NCBI GenBank assembly: GCA_965238275.1 | Contig: OZ250186.1 | Coordinates: 2,016,001-2,080,000 of the forward strand | Source: Nitrosopumilus sp. | Lineage (GTDB): Archaea; Thermoproteota; Nitrososphaeria; Nitrososphaerales; Nitrosopumilaceae | Length of the DNA stretch: 64,000 nucleotides | Reading direction: 5' to 3' | Shown here: positions 29,774-44,907 of the stretch, one piece after another | How positions within the stretch are numbered: the first letter of the stretch is position 1 | How the letters are laid out: each line of letters begins with the position of its first letter | Translations under genes and position numbers: made by a program | Notes under the pieces: model-generated | The model's input: only the letters and a program-made list of their open reading frames with translations | The model's database searches: none | Told to the model about the DNA's origin: nothing

Positions 29774-30583
29774 TCAGGCATCGTCTCCGTCAAAAAATCT
29801 GAGAACCGATGCCACAAATGCGTCAGAATCATGCACGTATGGGGTGTGGCCGGATCCATTCATTACAAGAAGCCGGCAGTCTGGAATTGCAGAGGCAAAA
29901 TCATCTATGAATCTGATCGGGATAACCGGATCATTGGAACCCCAGACCAGCATTGTGGGGGCGGAGATTGTCGCCAGGTCCGAACTGGTCAGTTTTGAAT
30001 TCTGCAGCCCCAACAGGGCAGACATGAAGGCAAATTTGGAGTTGTGCATCATCATCCTAGAGACAAAGCCATCAACAATGTCCGGGTCGGCATGGGCATC
30101 AGAACCACTCATCATCTCAAATGCCTTTGTGGCATTGTCATGGTTTGGGTATAATGCAGCCATGACATACGCGTCCAGGGCGGCAGTGGATCTTTTCATA
30201 AAGCCTGAAGGCGATACCAGTACAAGCCTTTCAACGTTTTTGGGATGGGATATGGCATACGCCGCAACAATCTGCCCCCCCATTGAAGATCCAATCAGGC
30301 ATGGGTTGGAGATGCCGATGCGTGCGAAAAAACCATTCAAAAAGTCTGAAAAAAAGTCAAGCGTATAATCCAAGGAGGGCCTGTCGCTGTGCCCGAATCC
30401 AAGGAGATCAGGGACCACCACACGGAAGGTCTTTGCAAAGAGGGGGGTTACACGGTTCCACCGGTCAGCAGAAGCGCCTAGACCGTGCACCAGAACCAGG
30501 GTTCTTTTGGAACTACCAGAGTCTAGATAGCGAACCCTGTGTCCGTCGACAGTGACGAATTTTTCCTTCACTATATCTAACAT
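29774..30583 (-). CDS. Alpha/beta hydrolase (lipase box GSSMG)
   Basis: LVHGLG, PDLLGFGHS, GSSMGG, WGSND, GH. Confidence 0.9.
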   Translation of the reverse strand: MLDIVKEKFVTVDGHRVRYLDSGSSKRTLVLVHGLGASADRWNRVTPLFAKTFRVVVPDLLGFGHSDRPSLDYTLDFFSDFLNGFFARIGISNPCLIGSSMGGQIVAAYAISHPKNVERLVLVSPSGFMKRSTAALDAYVMAALYPNHDNATKAFEMMSGSDAHADPDIVDGFVSRMMMHNSKFAFMSALLGLQNSKLTSSDLATISAPTMLVWGSNDPVIPIRFIDDFASAIPDCRLLVMNGSGHTPYVHDSDAFVASVLRFFDGDDA

Positions 30584-30897
30584 CGTGTTTCATGACTAGA
30601 TAAACCTTGATTCATATCGGTTCGTGGTGGCATACAGTGGACTTTCAGGCAGATGTCGTTTACGATACAGGCAGGCAGGCATGCATAGTACCGGACATAA
30701 TGATCCGCTCATTATCCAGCAAAATCAGGCATGAATTCAAAGGAAAATTAGCGAAACATTATGTCCCCGACTATGCATGCATGGTCGCGCACAGTCACGC
30801 CTGCTGCAAGCAGGATGCGGCTACATCATGCCATGACACCGGGCACAGAGACAATGCCTCAAGGACAGAGGTTAATAGTCACCGGGCCTGAACAAGG

Positions 30898-31761
30898 TTG
30901 AAGATATTTTTGGTCTCAATAAATCCTCTCGATGTCTTTCTATGGACCCTCCGTAGGAATGAAAGGGATGTCATAAACCTCTATGACGCGCTGTCGCCCA
31001 TGATGCAGATTGCCACGGGGGGGAACATGCTTAACTTTGGATACTGGGATGACGGACATCCGGATCCGGTCTCGGCACAGAGAAACCTGTGCAGGCACGT
31101 TGCCGTGATGGCAGAGATGGGGCATGCCGGAACTGTTCTTGATGTTGGAAGCGGGTTGGCTGCCCCGGCATCATACTGGAAGGAGACGTATGAAGATTTA
31201 CAGATATGCTGCGTAAACATCAACTATTCCCAGCTGCGCAGGGGCCTGCACACGAATCTCATATGCGTCAATGCATCATCTACCAGGCTGCCATTCAGGA
31301 ACAACTCCGTGGATCGAATCATAGCCCTGGAATCTGCGCAGCATTTCAGGCCGTTTTCGGATTTTATAGCACACGCCGGCAGGATTCTGTCAGATTCCGG
31401 GCTGCTTGTGCTGGCGGTTCCCGTAACAATGGGCAGGCAGTCTGCCATGAAGCTGGGAATCCTGAAATTTACATGGTCATCAGAGCACTACTCCCTGGAG
31501 CAGATCCGGAAGGATGTGACATCGGGGGGATTTGTGGTGGATGAGGAGGAGATGGTAGGCCGGTCAGTGTATGATCCGCTTGCAGATTATTACATCAAAA
31601 ACCGCAGCACGTTAAGGGAGATCATACTGCAGCAGTATCCGTCATACGCTGAGGCAATTCTCTTCAAATCAGTACAAAAGATGAAAAAGGCATCAGAGGA
31701 CGGAGTGATTGATTATGCGCTGCTGAAGTGCCATTTGCAGGACACCTGCCGGGATGCATGA
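30898..31761 (+). CDS. Class I SAM-dependent methyltransferase
   Basis: LNFGYW, VLDVGSG, ALESAQHF. Confidence 0.88.
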   Translation: MKIFLVSINPLDVFLWTLRRNERDVINLYDALSPMMQIATGGNMLNFGYWDDGHPDPVSAQRNLCRHVAVMAEMGHAGTVLDVGSGLAAPASYWKETYEDLQICCVNINYSQLRRGLHTNLICVNASSTRLPFRNNSVDRIIALESAQHFRPFSDFIAHAGRILSDSGLLVLAVPVTMGRQSAMKLGILKFTWSSEHYSLEQIRKDVTSGGFVVDEEEMVGRSVYDPLADYYIKNRSTLREIILQQYPSYAEAILFKSVQKMKKASEDGVIDYALLKCHLQDTCRDA

Positions 31762-31835
31762 AGGCGATGCCGCGCAAGGCGCGACCCTATTTTACATCAG
31801 GCTGCCTTGACAGAATGCACGGGTAGTCCAAGGAA

Positions 31836-32744
31836 TCACTGGAGTATCTTTCGGAGTCCTGCACACCGGTTTCTTATGGTGACCTCGGTGACTCCGGATG
31901 CAATTGATATGTCCTTTTGGGACTTTACCTCTCCGGTACTGTTGCACGCAAGGTATAGCGCAGCAGCTGCCATCCCCATCGGATCCTTGCCTGCCACCAT
32001 GCCCACTTTTTTGGCCTCGTTTAGAATCGAGGCTGCCTTGCGCTTGCTTTTTTCGGTTAATTCGGCAACGCTTGCAATTCTTGAAATTCCCCTCACGGGA
32101 TCGACTACGGGCATCTTCAGATCAAGTTCCCTATAGATCAGCCGGTAGCACCTTGCAACATCCTTTCTTCTGATGTTGATTCCGTTTGCAATATCATCCA
32201 GCGTCCTTGGCGTCTCGGTGTTTCGGCATGAGGCATAAATGCACGCTGCGACAAGTCCCTGAATGGAACGGCCCCGGACCAGTTTTTTTTCCATGGCCTT
32301 TCTGTAAATGTATGCGGCCTTTTCTATAACCGCATCGGTTAATGCAACCTTGTCCTTTAGCTTGTCCATCTCGCTGAGGGCATGGCGCAGGTTTCGGTCT
32401 GCAGACGTATGTGCCTGCGTCCTGCTGTCCCATGTTCTCAGTCTCTCGATGGTGGTCTTTACACTTGCAGACAGGGGCTTTCCGGTGGAGTCCTTGTTGG
32501 CCACGCCGATAATTGTCGACAGTCCCATATCGTGCATCTTCAACGATGAGCCTGCGCCAACGCGCGTCCTGCTGGCATCGTCGCTTGAAAATGAGCGCCA
32601 TTCGGCGCCCGTATCAATGATCTTGTCAGTGACGACGATTCCGCACCTTCCACAGAGCATCTCTCCGGTATTGTCGTCAGTAACGATCCTCTTGTTGCCG
32701 CATGCAGGACACCGCAATCCAGAGATCATGGAGTTTGCAAGCAT
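31836..32744 (-). CDS. tfb: Transcription initiation factor IIB
   Basis: CPAC..CGRCG zinc ribbon, GAEWRSF, RGRS, GKDPMG, VTEVTIRNR. Confidence 0.96.
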   Translation of the reverse strand: MLANSMISGLRCPACGNKRIVTDDNTGEMLCGRCGIVVTDKIIDTGAEWRSFSSDDASRTRVGAGSSLKMHDMGLSTIIGVANKDSTGKPLSASVKTTIERLRTWDSRTQAHTSADRNLRHALSEMDKLKDKVALTDAVIEKAAYIYRKAMEKKLVRGRSIQGLVAACIYASCRNTETPRTLDDIANGINIRRKDVARCYRLIYRELDLKMPVVDPVRGISRIASVAELTEKSKRKAASILNEAKKVGMVAGKDPMGMAAAALYLACNSTGEVKSQKDISIASGVTEVTIRNRCAGLRKILQ

Positions 32745-32886
32745 GGCATTGTGAACTCCTATTCCTTATTATCAGTTTTACATACTTTCTAAAGGTTAAC
32801 TGTGTGTAGGTTAAGCTAAGCAGCCAAATGTTTCCCTACTCCATTACCGCAATCATGGCATCGTACCATGGAATTATTCGTGCAAG

Positions 32887-33069
32887 TCAGGCATCGCATG
32901 CATTGCACGTAATATCATTAAAGCATCTACCGCAAAATATTCGGCCGCAATTTTGGCATTTCAGGCCATCATGGTTAACTCCGCACCAGTTGCACCACAT
33001 GTTACCGCATTCGCTGCATTGACCTGAATGCTTCCCCGTTGAAGCATGACCGCAAGTATGGCATTCCAT
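32887..33069 (-). CDS. Small Cys-rich zinc-binding protein (six CxxC pairs)
   Basis: 60 aa with CHTC, CSEC, CNWC, CQNC, CGRC, CNAC. Confidence 0.65.
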   Translation of the reverse strand: MECHTCGHASTGKHSGQCSECGNMWCNWCGVNHDGLKCQNCGRIFCGRCFNDITCNACDA

Positions 33070-33123
33070 GAAATGGTAACGTGGGCTTGCTAGAAAAGGT
33101 TATTCATGCTCTTCCAGGAATTT

Positions 33124-33356
33124 GCAGGTATGGCATATGCCGTGCCTGCCGCAAAACACGCTGTCGTGACTCCTGCACGACATTCGCCGTCCGCGCAGGT
33201 TCTGCGCCGGATTGCACAACGCCTCCGACTGTCTCTGTGAGCCTCCCAGGAGGAGGGATCAGTCAACAAATAGACTGAATGGGCGACGACGAGCCCACAA
33301 GGCAATCCGCGTTTCAAGAATACGGGGGCAGGCGTTGCAAACCCCCAGTCGCCTGC
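33124..33356. ncRNA. Candidate structured RNA / palindromic element
   Basis: At least eight complementary stems found by eye; no known family recognised. Confidence 0.3.
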
Positions 33357-33422
33357 ATGAGTACGATGTCTCATTCTGGGATGTGAACACGCCGCACTAT
33401 GAGAATACTTAATTTGCTTGAA

Positions 33423-33785
33423 GTGGATAATTCTGTATTGGTTGAAGGCAATACGGGCAAGACAATCTCCGAGCTGCGGCAAAGGATTCGACGGATTCAA
33501 GAAGAGCTGGACCAGGTGGACGGTCCGGTATCGGATATTCCCGAACTGATAAACTCGACAAACATACTGCGTGCAAACGAGCAGCTCACAACGGTCGGCA
33601 ATAAGAAGTCAGAGCTGCTGGAAGTCTATGGGCAGTACACGCAGGTTCTGACAGATGCCATAATGACGATCATCAGGACGCAGAACAAAATAGCGGCGAT
33701 TCGAAAAAAACAGGCGTCAGCAACCCGGGCAAAAAGGGCAGGATCAAAAACCGGGCGCCGCAAAAATACCACCTCAAAAAAATAA
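33423..33785 (+). CDS. Hypothetical coiled-coil protein with basic tail
   Basis: ORF; start 33399 or 33423. Confidence 0.65.
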   Translation: MDNSVLVEGNTGKTISELRQRIRRIQEELDQVDGPVSDIPELINSTNILRANEQLTTVGNKKSELLEVYGQYTQVLTDAIMTIIRTQNKIAAIRKKQASATRAKRAGSKTGRRKNTTSKK

Positions 33786-34137
33786 TTTTCGGCAGAGACC
33801 AGTTTGTCGTTGTAGTGCCACATGCAGGTATGGCGTGATGGTCTATTGCAAACGCCGACAGGGGAGGAAGGCTGTAGTGTATGGCTTGCCGACAAATGAC
33901 GGTGCACGGTTTGCCAATACATGTCCTGGATGAATAATAGTAATAGTAATGCGTATTTTTTCACATTTTGAGCATGTTTTGGCATCCACTCCAGGACATC
34001 AGGGTGCATCCCGGACGACAGACGATGGATCCGGGGATCGTTTTACTGGGCACCTGGTCTTGGGTTCATGCTGGCTACCATCTGAGTTTCTGGATCGGAT
34101 CACATGTGGTTAATTTTATTAGCAAGATCGTGTAATA

Positions 34138-34623
34138 ATGGGCATGTCCGAGCCAGGTAACGCCAACAGGTCTGCCATCGTACTTGCAAGGTGGTCAGAC
34201 AGGTTCATCGCGTGGCTGATTGACGCCGTGATTCTGACGGTTCTTGCATCAGCACTGCTGATTGGCATGTCAGGGGTGCCGGATTATAGCGAAGGGAGCG
34301 GCGATACGTCGGACATATCGAGTTATGCCATATCGGGCACCATATTTTTTGCATACTTTATCGCCCTAGAATACAGGACAGGCCAGACCATAGGAAAAAA
34401 GGCTCTCAACATAAGGCTAGTCGGAATAGACGGCGGGAGGCCTGGCTTGGCCGGAGTCGCAATCAGCAGCCTGGGAAAGGCGTTCATCCTGCCAATCGAC
34501 GTCATCGTTGGATTAATTGTCAGCAACGACAAGAGGCAGAGAATATGCAACAAGCTCGGAGACACCATTGTAGTCAAAATCAAGGAATCGGAACGTTCTG
34601 ATCTAAGATACGTAAAGGACTAG
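34138..34623 (+). CDS. RDD family membrane protein
   Basis: RFIAWLID, GQTIGKK, QRICNKLGDT. Confidence 0.88.
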   Translation: MGMSEPGNANRSAIVLARWSDRFIAWLIDAVILTVLASALLIGMSGVPDYSEGSGDTSDISSYAISGTIFFAYFIALEYRTGQTIGKKALNIRLVGIDGGRPGLAGVAISSLGKAFILPIDVIVGLIVSNDKRQRICNKLGDTIVVKIKESERSDLRYVKD

Positions 34624-34869
34624 CGCGCTCGCAGGGACATTGGGTACAAATTCGCAAAAGTCTGCAAAAAGATTCCTTGCGGCGGCGGCGGCGGCCGTGC
34701 GGCCGCATCCAGAGATGCATTCCGCCGCAGTTGCCAAGCTGCAGACAGGAATGCATAGCATCCGCTAGCCTGTGATTTAAAAATAAAATCATCGTACAAG
34801 TCGTGTATATGTTCCACTTTATGAATCGAAGATGATTCATCGTGCATAGTCTCTATGTAAGTGGCTGAA

Positions 34870-37850
<2,981 letters not shown>

Positions 37851-38002
37851 CAAATTCAGCCACATATTACACGACTATGCACGATGATCATCGCAAGTCC
37901 CCCGGTGGAGAACCTGCTACATCCTTCATACACCACTTTCATGATGCATTGCATCTGATGCTTCGATGTGAAGATTTGTGCATCCGTACACATTCCTTGT
38001 CT

Positions 38003-39474
<1,472 letters not shown>

Positions 39475-39683
39475 CTGAATTATTTTTATTAGTACAAATG
39501 TACCATATTGGAATTGACGGATGCACATAATCTTCACTTCTCAGATATTGATCGCTTGATCAAATCCTCATTTCTGTATGCGTAACTGGAGGCCCGCGAA
39601 TCACAAATTGGCATAATGCCAAACTTCATCACAAGCGCCGCCTATTGCGTTACGTATGCAGAAGTATGGAACTTTGAAATCCA

Positions 39684-39689
39684 TATAAA
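39684..39689 (-). promoter_or_regulatory. Candidate TATA box of rRNA operon
   Basis: TTTATA about 210 nt upstream of the 16S 5' end. Confidence 0.4.
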
Positions 39690-39834
39690 CCATGCGTAGA
39701 ACCTGTCCTGGCCAGCACAAAACCCAAAAAAATGCAGCATTCCACATGGTACACCGTCCCTGCACCCCAGGACGCGTTGCGGGCATGCCAATTTGGACAA
39801 CAGTTAAAATGATAGTGTCATTTACCGGGTGGTA

Positions 39835-41158
39835 TTGCAAGATTACGTCTCTGAGTACAGGGAAAAGACGAGAGAATCTGCCAAGCTGTTTGCAGCTGTT
39901 TGCAAAATCGGCCGAGCTTCACGTAAACGGCGTATCCCACAACATCAGGTATTATGATCCGTATCCGTTTGTAGTCAGATCGTCTGCAGGTGCCAGTCTT
40001 GAGGATGTGGACGGCAACAGGTACACTGACTACTGGATGGGTCACTGGGTTCTGATTCTGGGACATGCCAGCGACAGGATTGCCGAAGCGCTAGGCGAGC
40101 AGATTTCCCAAGGCTGGATGTACGGGACGGTAAACGAGCAGACCATAAGACTCTCGGAACTGATCTCAAAGGCGGTTCCCGTGTCTGAGAAGATTCGTTA
40201 CGTGCCGTCAGGAGCCGAGGCTGCCATGTATGCAGTCAGGCTTGCGCGCTCGGTAACTGGAAGAGGCGTGATTGCAAAGGTTGACGGCGGATGGCACGGG
40301 TACTCCTCGGATCTGCTCAAGAGCGTGAATTGGCCGTTTGCAGAACCGGAGAGTGCCGGGATGGTCAACGGGACAAAGATTGTGTCCATCCCATACAACA
40401 ACCTGGAAGAATCACTGAGTATCCTGAGGGAATGCGCAGGGGATCTGGCAGGAGTCATAATCGAACCAATACTTGGAAGCGGGGGATGCATTCCCGCAAC
40501 CAGGGAGTATCTTGCAGGGATTGAGGAGTTTGCCCACAAAAACGGCTCGCTGTTCATACTGGACGAGGTTGTCACCGGTTTCAGGTTAAGGTACGGATGC
40601 CTGTATCCGACGATGGGGCTTGATCCGGACATTGTGACTCTGGGAAAGATTGTAGGGGGCGGGATGCCGATAGGCGCCATATGCGGCAAGGATGAGATCA
40701 TGAGGCATGCAGACACCACGGGGAAGAAAAAGTCTGAGAGAAGCTATGTGGGGGGCGGCACGTTCTCTGCAAACCCCATGTCCATGACTGCAGGGTACGA
40801 GACGCTAAACCATCTGAGAACAAAAAGATCAGTATATTCAAGGATCAACGCCCTCGGCGAAACGGCCAGGACGGAGCTTGCAAGGATATTTGATGGCAGG
40901 GCGGTGGTAACCGGAGAGGGGTCCATGTTCATTACACACTTTCCAAGGGACGGCGCGGCCACGATTACAGACGGGTTGCAGGCTGCCAGATGCGACCGGC
41001 AGATGCATCAGAATTATCACTTTAAGATGATTGCGCATGACGGGATATTTTTCCTGCCAGGAATGATGGGTGCGATATCGGATGCGCATACCAAAGACGA
41101 CATCAAAAGAATGGTTCTTGCATCAGAAGACTTTGTGTGCGAACTGCCTGCATCCTGA
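39835..41158 (+). CDS. hemL: Glutamate-1-semialdehyde 2,1-aminomutase, frameshifted near the N-terminus as assembled
   Basis: DVDGNRYTDY, DEVVTGFR, LGKIVGGG, GTFSANP; 10-bp duplication at 39884-39903. Confidence 0.85.
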
Positions 41159-41161
41159 CTG

Positions 41162-41215
<54 letters not shown>

Positions 41216-41260
41216 TACGTCCCGGAAACCTGGAGGCGGGTTCAGGCCCATGCGTGTTTC

Positions 41261-41722
41261 CTAGACTATGCCCGAAACCACACTCTCAAAGTCAGACTCG
41301 TACCATACAGTCTCATACGCGGCGTTTTTTCCAGGCAGGATGTTTATCGCAATGTGGGAGAACGTCTCCCCGGGGTTCTCTGAGCCGTGCGTATGGAGTG
41401 CCTGCTTTGGAATCCGCACCACGTCGCCTTCCCGGAGTTCAATCCTCTGGGTTCTCTGGATTCCAAAGCTGTCCGTGCCGCCGCCGGCTCCATCGCGTTC
41501 AAAGATCTCAAGGCTGCCAATGCCGGCAGTTGCAATCAGCACCTGTGGCCCGTTGTGCACATGGAGTTTTGTCTTGGAGCCGTCCTCAAAGTGTACATGG
41601 TAGATGTCCTGTTCCTCGGACTCGATCCTCTCTGAGAGGACCTTCATCCAAGTTTTGGCAGTAAACCAGTCCGGATTTATCTCCCTCCGGTCTCCGGTTC
41701 CATGTATGCTTGATTTGTTCAT
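41261..41722 (-). CDS. Cupin domain protein
   Basis: TKLHVHNGPQVL, GDVVRIP...HTHG. Confidence 0.88.
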   Translation of the reverse strand: MNKSSIHGTGDRREINPDWFTAKTWMKVLSERIESEEQDIYHVHFEDGSKTKLHVHNGPQVLIATAGIGSLEIFERDGAGGGTDSFGIQRTQRIELREGDVVRIPKQALHTHGSENPGETFSHIAINILPGKNAAYETVWYESDFESVVSGIV

Positions 41723-42081
41723 ATTCGATCTAGAATCTTTTTCTTCTTTTCATTAAACTCGTCATCGGTGAGTATTCCGGCATCCCGCAGGCCGGCCAGC
41801 CTTTCAAGCATGTCCAGATCGTTTGCCGGATCGGACCCCGCATCACTTACGCGTGACACCCCGGCGTTGATCTTTTGGATTCCCCTCTTTTGTAGTTCAG
41901 TTCCCTCTTTTTTTGCCCGGCTGTGAATCTCCTTGGATGCCTTGGATGCCTGCCGGGCAGTCATCGATCCCATCTCGACTGCATCCTCAAGAATCTTGTC
42001 GGCAGACTTGACGCCGTTCTGCAGTGCCGAATCCGCCTTTTTCAGAAACTTGTCAATGTATCCGCCTTTTTTTGTTGACAT
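41719..42081 (-). CDS. SHOCT domain protein
   Basis: LERLAGLRDAGILTDDEFNEKKKKIL. Confidence 0.85.
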   Translation of the reverse strand: MSTKKGGYIDKFLKKADSALQNGVKSADKILEDAVEMGSMTARQASKASKEIHSRAKKEGTELQKRGIQKINAGVSRVSDAGSDPANDLDMLERLAGLRDAGILTDDEFNEKKKKILDRI

Positions 42082-42386
42082 GTGCGTGTTGATCCCCCTT
42101 TGTTCTATTATTTCTTTCTGCATGGAGGAGGAGGAGGAGGGGATGTTTGGGATGCCGGTATCTGCGGGAATGGCTGCTCTGTGCACCAGACAGGACAGGG
42201 GCCAGTCGTCATCACCACATACTGGGATTGCCCGGATGGCATGGTATGGTATGGTATGGCGGCTGAACCGGCAGTACGCTCTTGTCAGATGCCGCGCGGC
42301 GTCTGAAAAATCTCAGAAAAATTCGATGGTGCCAGGTCGCACAGCAAAACATGTTTAATAGTCAGGATTGCATCATTTTGTCGTAC

Positions 42387-43091
42387 TTGGAAGAATCCCC
42401 CGGCACAAAGACAGTCGTATTGAGAATGAGCATCAATGAGACAGAAGCAATGGAAATAGTGGAACAAAAAAAGGCAGGCCAGTTTGGCTCAATGCTTTCA
42501 AGAGTCAAAAAAGAGGAGATTGTCGTAGGTCTGCCGGAGGTATACTACGAATGCATGCTGAGAGTTGCAGGAAGGTATGCGGCCAACTACTACGTAAAGA
42601 AGGTTCACACTATTACCGTGACCTCAAATGTGAGGGATGTGGTACTGGGAGACACGACGTTTCCCATCAACACAAAATCAAAATTCGGGAAGATCATCTC
42701 GGGAAAGCACGGAAAGAGCAAGGTTGATCTGGAACTAGACGAGCACGTCTTCATCGAGGAGAAGGACGAGCTGACATTTGATCACCATGGGATGGAGGCA
42801 GAATTCCCGTTCAAGATAGACTCCAATACCGTTGAGAGCTATCCAGACAGCATACTTGAAGACGGCAAGACGGCCGTCAGGGATGCCGGGATGACGCATG
42901 ATGAGGCGGTCCAGAGACTTGAGCAGTCACTCAAGGGGGGCATGGACGATGATGCCAAGAACATTCAGGAGGAGTTTGTCATGGACGGCATTACCAGGGT
43001 GTACGTCCCAATCTTTGAGGTCAGGCTGAGCGGATCGGACAAGAGGGAGAAGATAATTCGGATTGACGCCGTACGAAAAAAGATAGTGTGA
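42387..43091 (+). CDS. Hypothetical protein
   Basis: Long ORF with typical codon usage; start uncertain. Confidence 0.75.
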   Translation: MEESPGTKTVVLRMSINETEAMEIVEQKKAGQFGSMLSRVKKEEIVVGLPEVYYECMLRVAGRYAANYYVKKVHTITVTSNVRDVVLGDTTFPINTKSKFGKIISGKHGKSKVDLELDEHVFIEEKDELTFDHHGMEAEFPFKIDSNTVESYPDSILEDGKTAVRDAGMTHDEAVQRLEQSLKGGMDDDAKNIQEEFVMDGITRVYVPIFEVRLSGSDKREKIIRIDAVRKKIV

Positions 43092-43103
43092 CTGGCACCA
43101 TCA

Positions 43104-43925
43104 TCACATCTTTACAAGCTTTCTGAACTGCTCGTTGTCGTAAAACCTTTGAAATATCTTCTCCTCCTTTGCCCAGGCGCGAATCGTCTTGGGGTTCTTT
43201 GATACGGCCTGCCTCAGCAGATTCATCGATTCAGAGTACCGGCCAATCTCTGCCAGGCTTCTGGACTTTGCATAGATGATGTTTACGTTGTTGCCATACT
43301 TTGAGAGGATCCGATCAAAGATGTCTACTGCCTTTGCGTGCTTTCCAAGCTCTGCAAGCTCGATGCCCACATGGAAGAATGCATCCATGTGGGACGGGTT
43401 CTTCTTGTGAACCCTCTCAAAGCAGTTCAGCGCCTCCTCGTGCCTCTTGAGCTTGCCCAGGATGATCCCCTTGTAGAACAGCGCGTTTGTCTTTCTTGGG
43501 GCGATGGATATTGCCTTTTCCAGCACGGTTATCGCCTCCTCGTGCAGCCGCAGCTTGTCAAGCAGTACCCCCTTGTTGAAGTATGATGCAGCATGCCTGG
43601 GGTCTGCGGCAATCGCACGATCATAGTACTCTGCAGCGCCCTGGGTATCGCCCAGTTCTGCCAGTGCGATTCCCTTGTTGTTTAGGGCCTGGGCGTCGTC
43701 GGGGTTGATCCTCAAAAGTAGGTCAAAACACGTAACGGCATCGCTGTACTTTTTAATCTGGTTTAGCGCAAGGCCCTTGTTGTACAGTGCCGCAGTATTC
43801 TCGGGATCCTGTTTTAGAATCTTGCTAAAGAGCGGGATGGCGCCCTTTGGGTGGTTCTGATCCAGCAATGACATTGCAGTGTGCATCAGATCCTCAGGAT
43901 GCTCTTTTGAGCCAAACAGCCCCAT
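43104..43925 (-). CDS. Tetratricopeptide repeat protein
   Basis: Repeated ALYNKG/ALNNKG/YFNKG/LFYKG at 34-aa spacing. Confidence 0.92.
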   Translation of the reverse strand: MGLFGSKEHPEDLMHTAMSLLDQNHPKGAIPLFSKILKQDPENTAALYNKGLALNQIKKYSDAVTCFDLLLRINPDDAQALNNKGIALAELGDTQGAAEYYDRAIAADPRHAASYFNKGVLLDKLRLHEEAITVLEKAISIAPRKTNALFYKGIILGKLKRHEEALNCFERVHKKNPSHMDAFFHVGIELAELGKHAKAVDIFDRILSKYGNNVNIIYAKSRSLAEIGRYSESMNLLRQAVSKNPKTIRAWAKEEKIFQRFYDNEQFRKLVKM

Positions 43926-43964
43926 AACCTTACACCGCCATACAATGGCTAATGAAAGTTTGGT

Positions 43965-44072
43965 TTACTGTAATGACTTGAATCTCTTGATTGCCTCTTT
44001 TGCCATATCCTCCTGCTCCTCTGCAGTCGTATCGGTGGGGTCTTCAGTCGCATATGCTTCTCGGTCTTCCAT
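43965..44072 (-). CDS. Possible 35-aa acidic small protein
   Basis: MEDREAY..EAIKRFKSLQ; short ORF. Confidence 0.35.
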   Translation of the reverse strand: MEDREAYATEDPTDTTAEEQEDMAKEAIKRFKSLQ

Positions 44073-44247
44073 GGGTATTGACACAATCTGCACGATAAAA
44101 ACATGTTTCTTGCCACTCGGGGCGTGGGGTGATTGCGCGTCTTTCAGGACAATGCCTGAAAGTGGGATCAGACATGGCCTGATTGGACAGCCAAGTGTCC
44201 GGAGATATAGATAATTATTTTTAACGTAGAGTGTGCCTGTACCAGTA

Positions 44248-44907
44248 GTGAACACAAACCAGGCCCTCAGACTGCTGAATGTGGACAAGGACTCTTCAGA
44301 CGAGGAGATCAAGTCGGCATACAGAAGGATGGCACTAGAGTTTCATCCGGACAGAAACGGGAACGACAACGAGGGTGCCAAATTTAAAAAGATTACAGAG
44401 GCGTACACCTTTCTAAAAAAGAACCACCGTGCAGGCTCGACGCCGGGCACAAGGCCCAAGACAAAGGGTCCAAGAGCCAGATGGGGGGCGACAGCCCAGG
44501 AGGATCAAAAGATTCCCGAGCAGGACTGGGGCAAGCACACGAGGGGGTTTGAGGAGGCAGAACCGGATGTCTGGAAAGAGTACGAGAGGAACTTTTGGAA
44601 GGAGTACAACGCCAAGGTACGGCCCGACGGCAGAAACGGCGAGTATGAGAAGGCCAGGGAACCCAGCGCACAGCCGAATCTCTTTGTGGATGTTGACAAG
44701 AGCAAGTGCATAGGCTGCTGCAGCTGCGAGACCATAGCGCCCAGCGTCTTTGAGATAGACAAGGAGAGCACGATGAATCCCAAGTCACGGGTGATCAACC
44801 AGCGCGGGGCGGGCGTAAACAAGATAATGAGCGCCGCCCAGACGTGTCCGACAAAGGCGATCATCGTGGAGAACTGCGACACCAGGGAGAGGATGTTCCC
44901 CTATTGA
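44248..44907 (+). CDS. DnaJ domain-ferredoxin fusion
   Basis: J-domain HPD; CIGCCSC..CP ferredoxin. Confidence 0.92.
   Translation: MNTNQALRLLNVDKDSSDEEIKSAYRRMALEFHPDRNGNDNEGAKFKKITEAYTFLKKNHRAGSTPGTRPKTKGPRARWGATAQEDQKIPEQDWGKHTRGFEEAEPDVWKEYERNFWKEYNAKVRPDGRNGEYEKAREPSAQPNLFVDVDKSKCIGCCSCETIAPSVFEIDKESTMNPKSRVINQRGAGVNKIMSAAQTCPTKAIIVENCDTRERMFPY

Noticed and set aside
44248-44907. DnaJ-ferredoxin fusion as a novelty
   Set aside because: Already described in Thaumarchaeota and green plants
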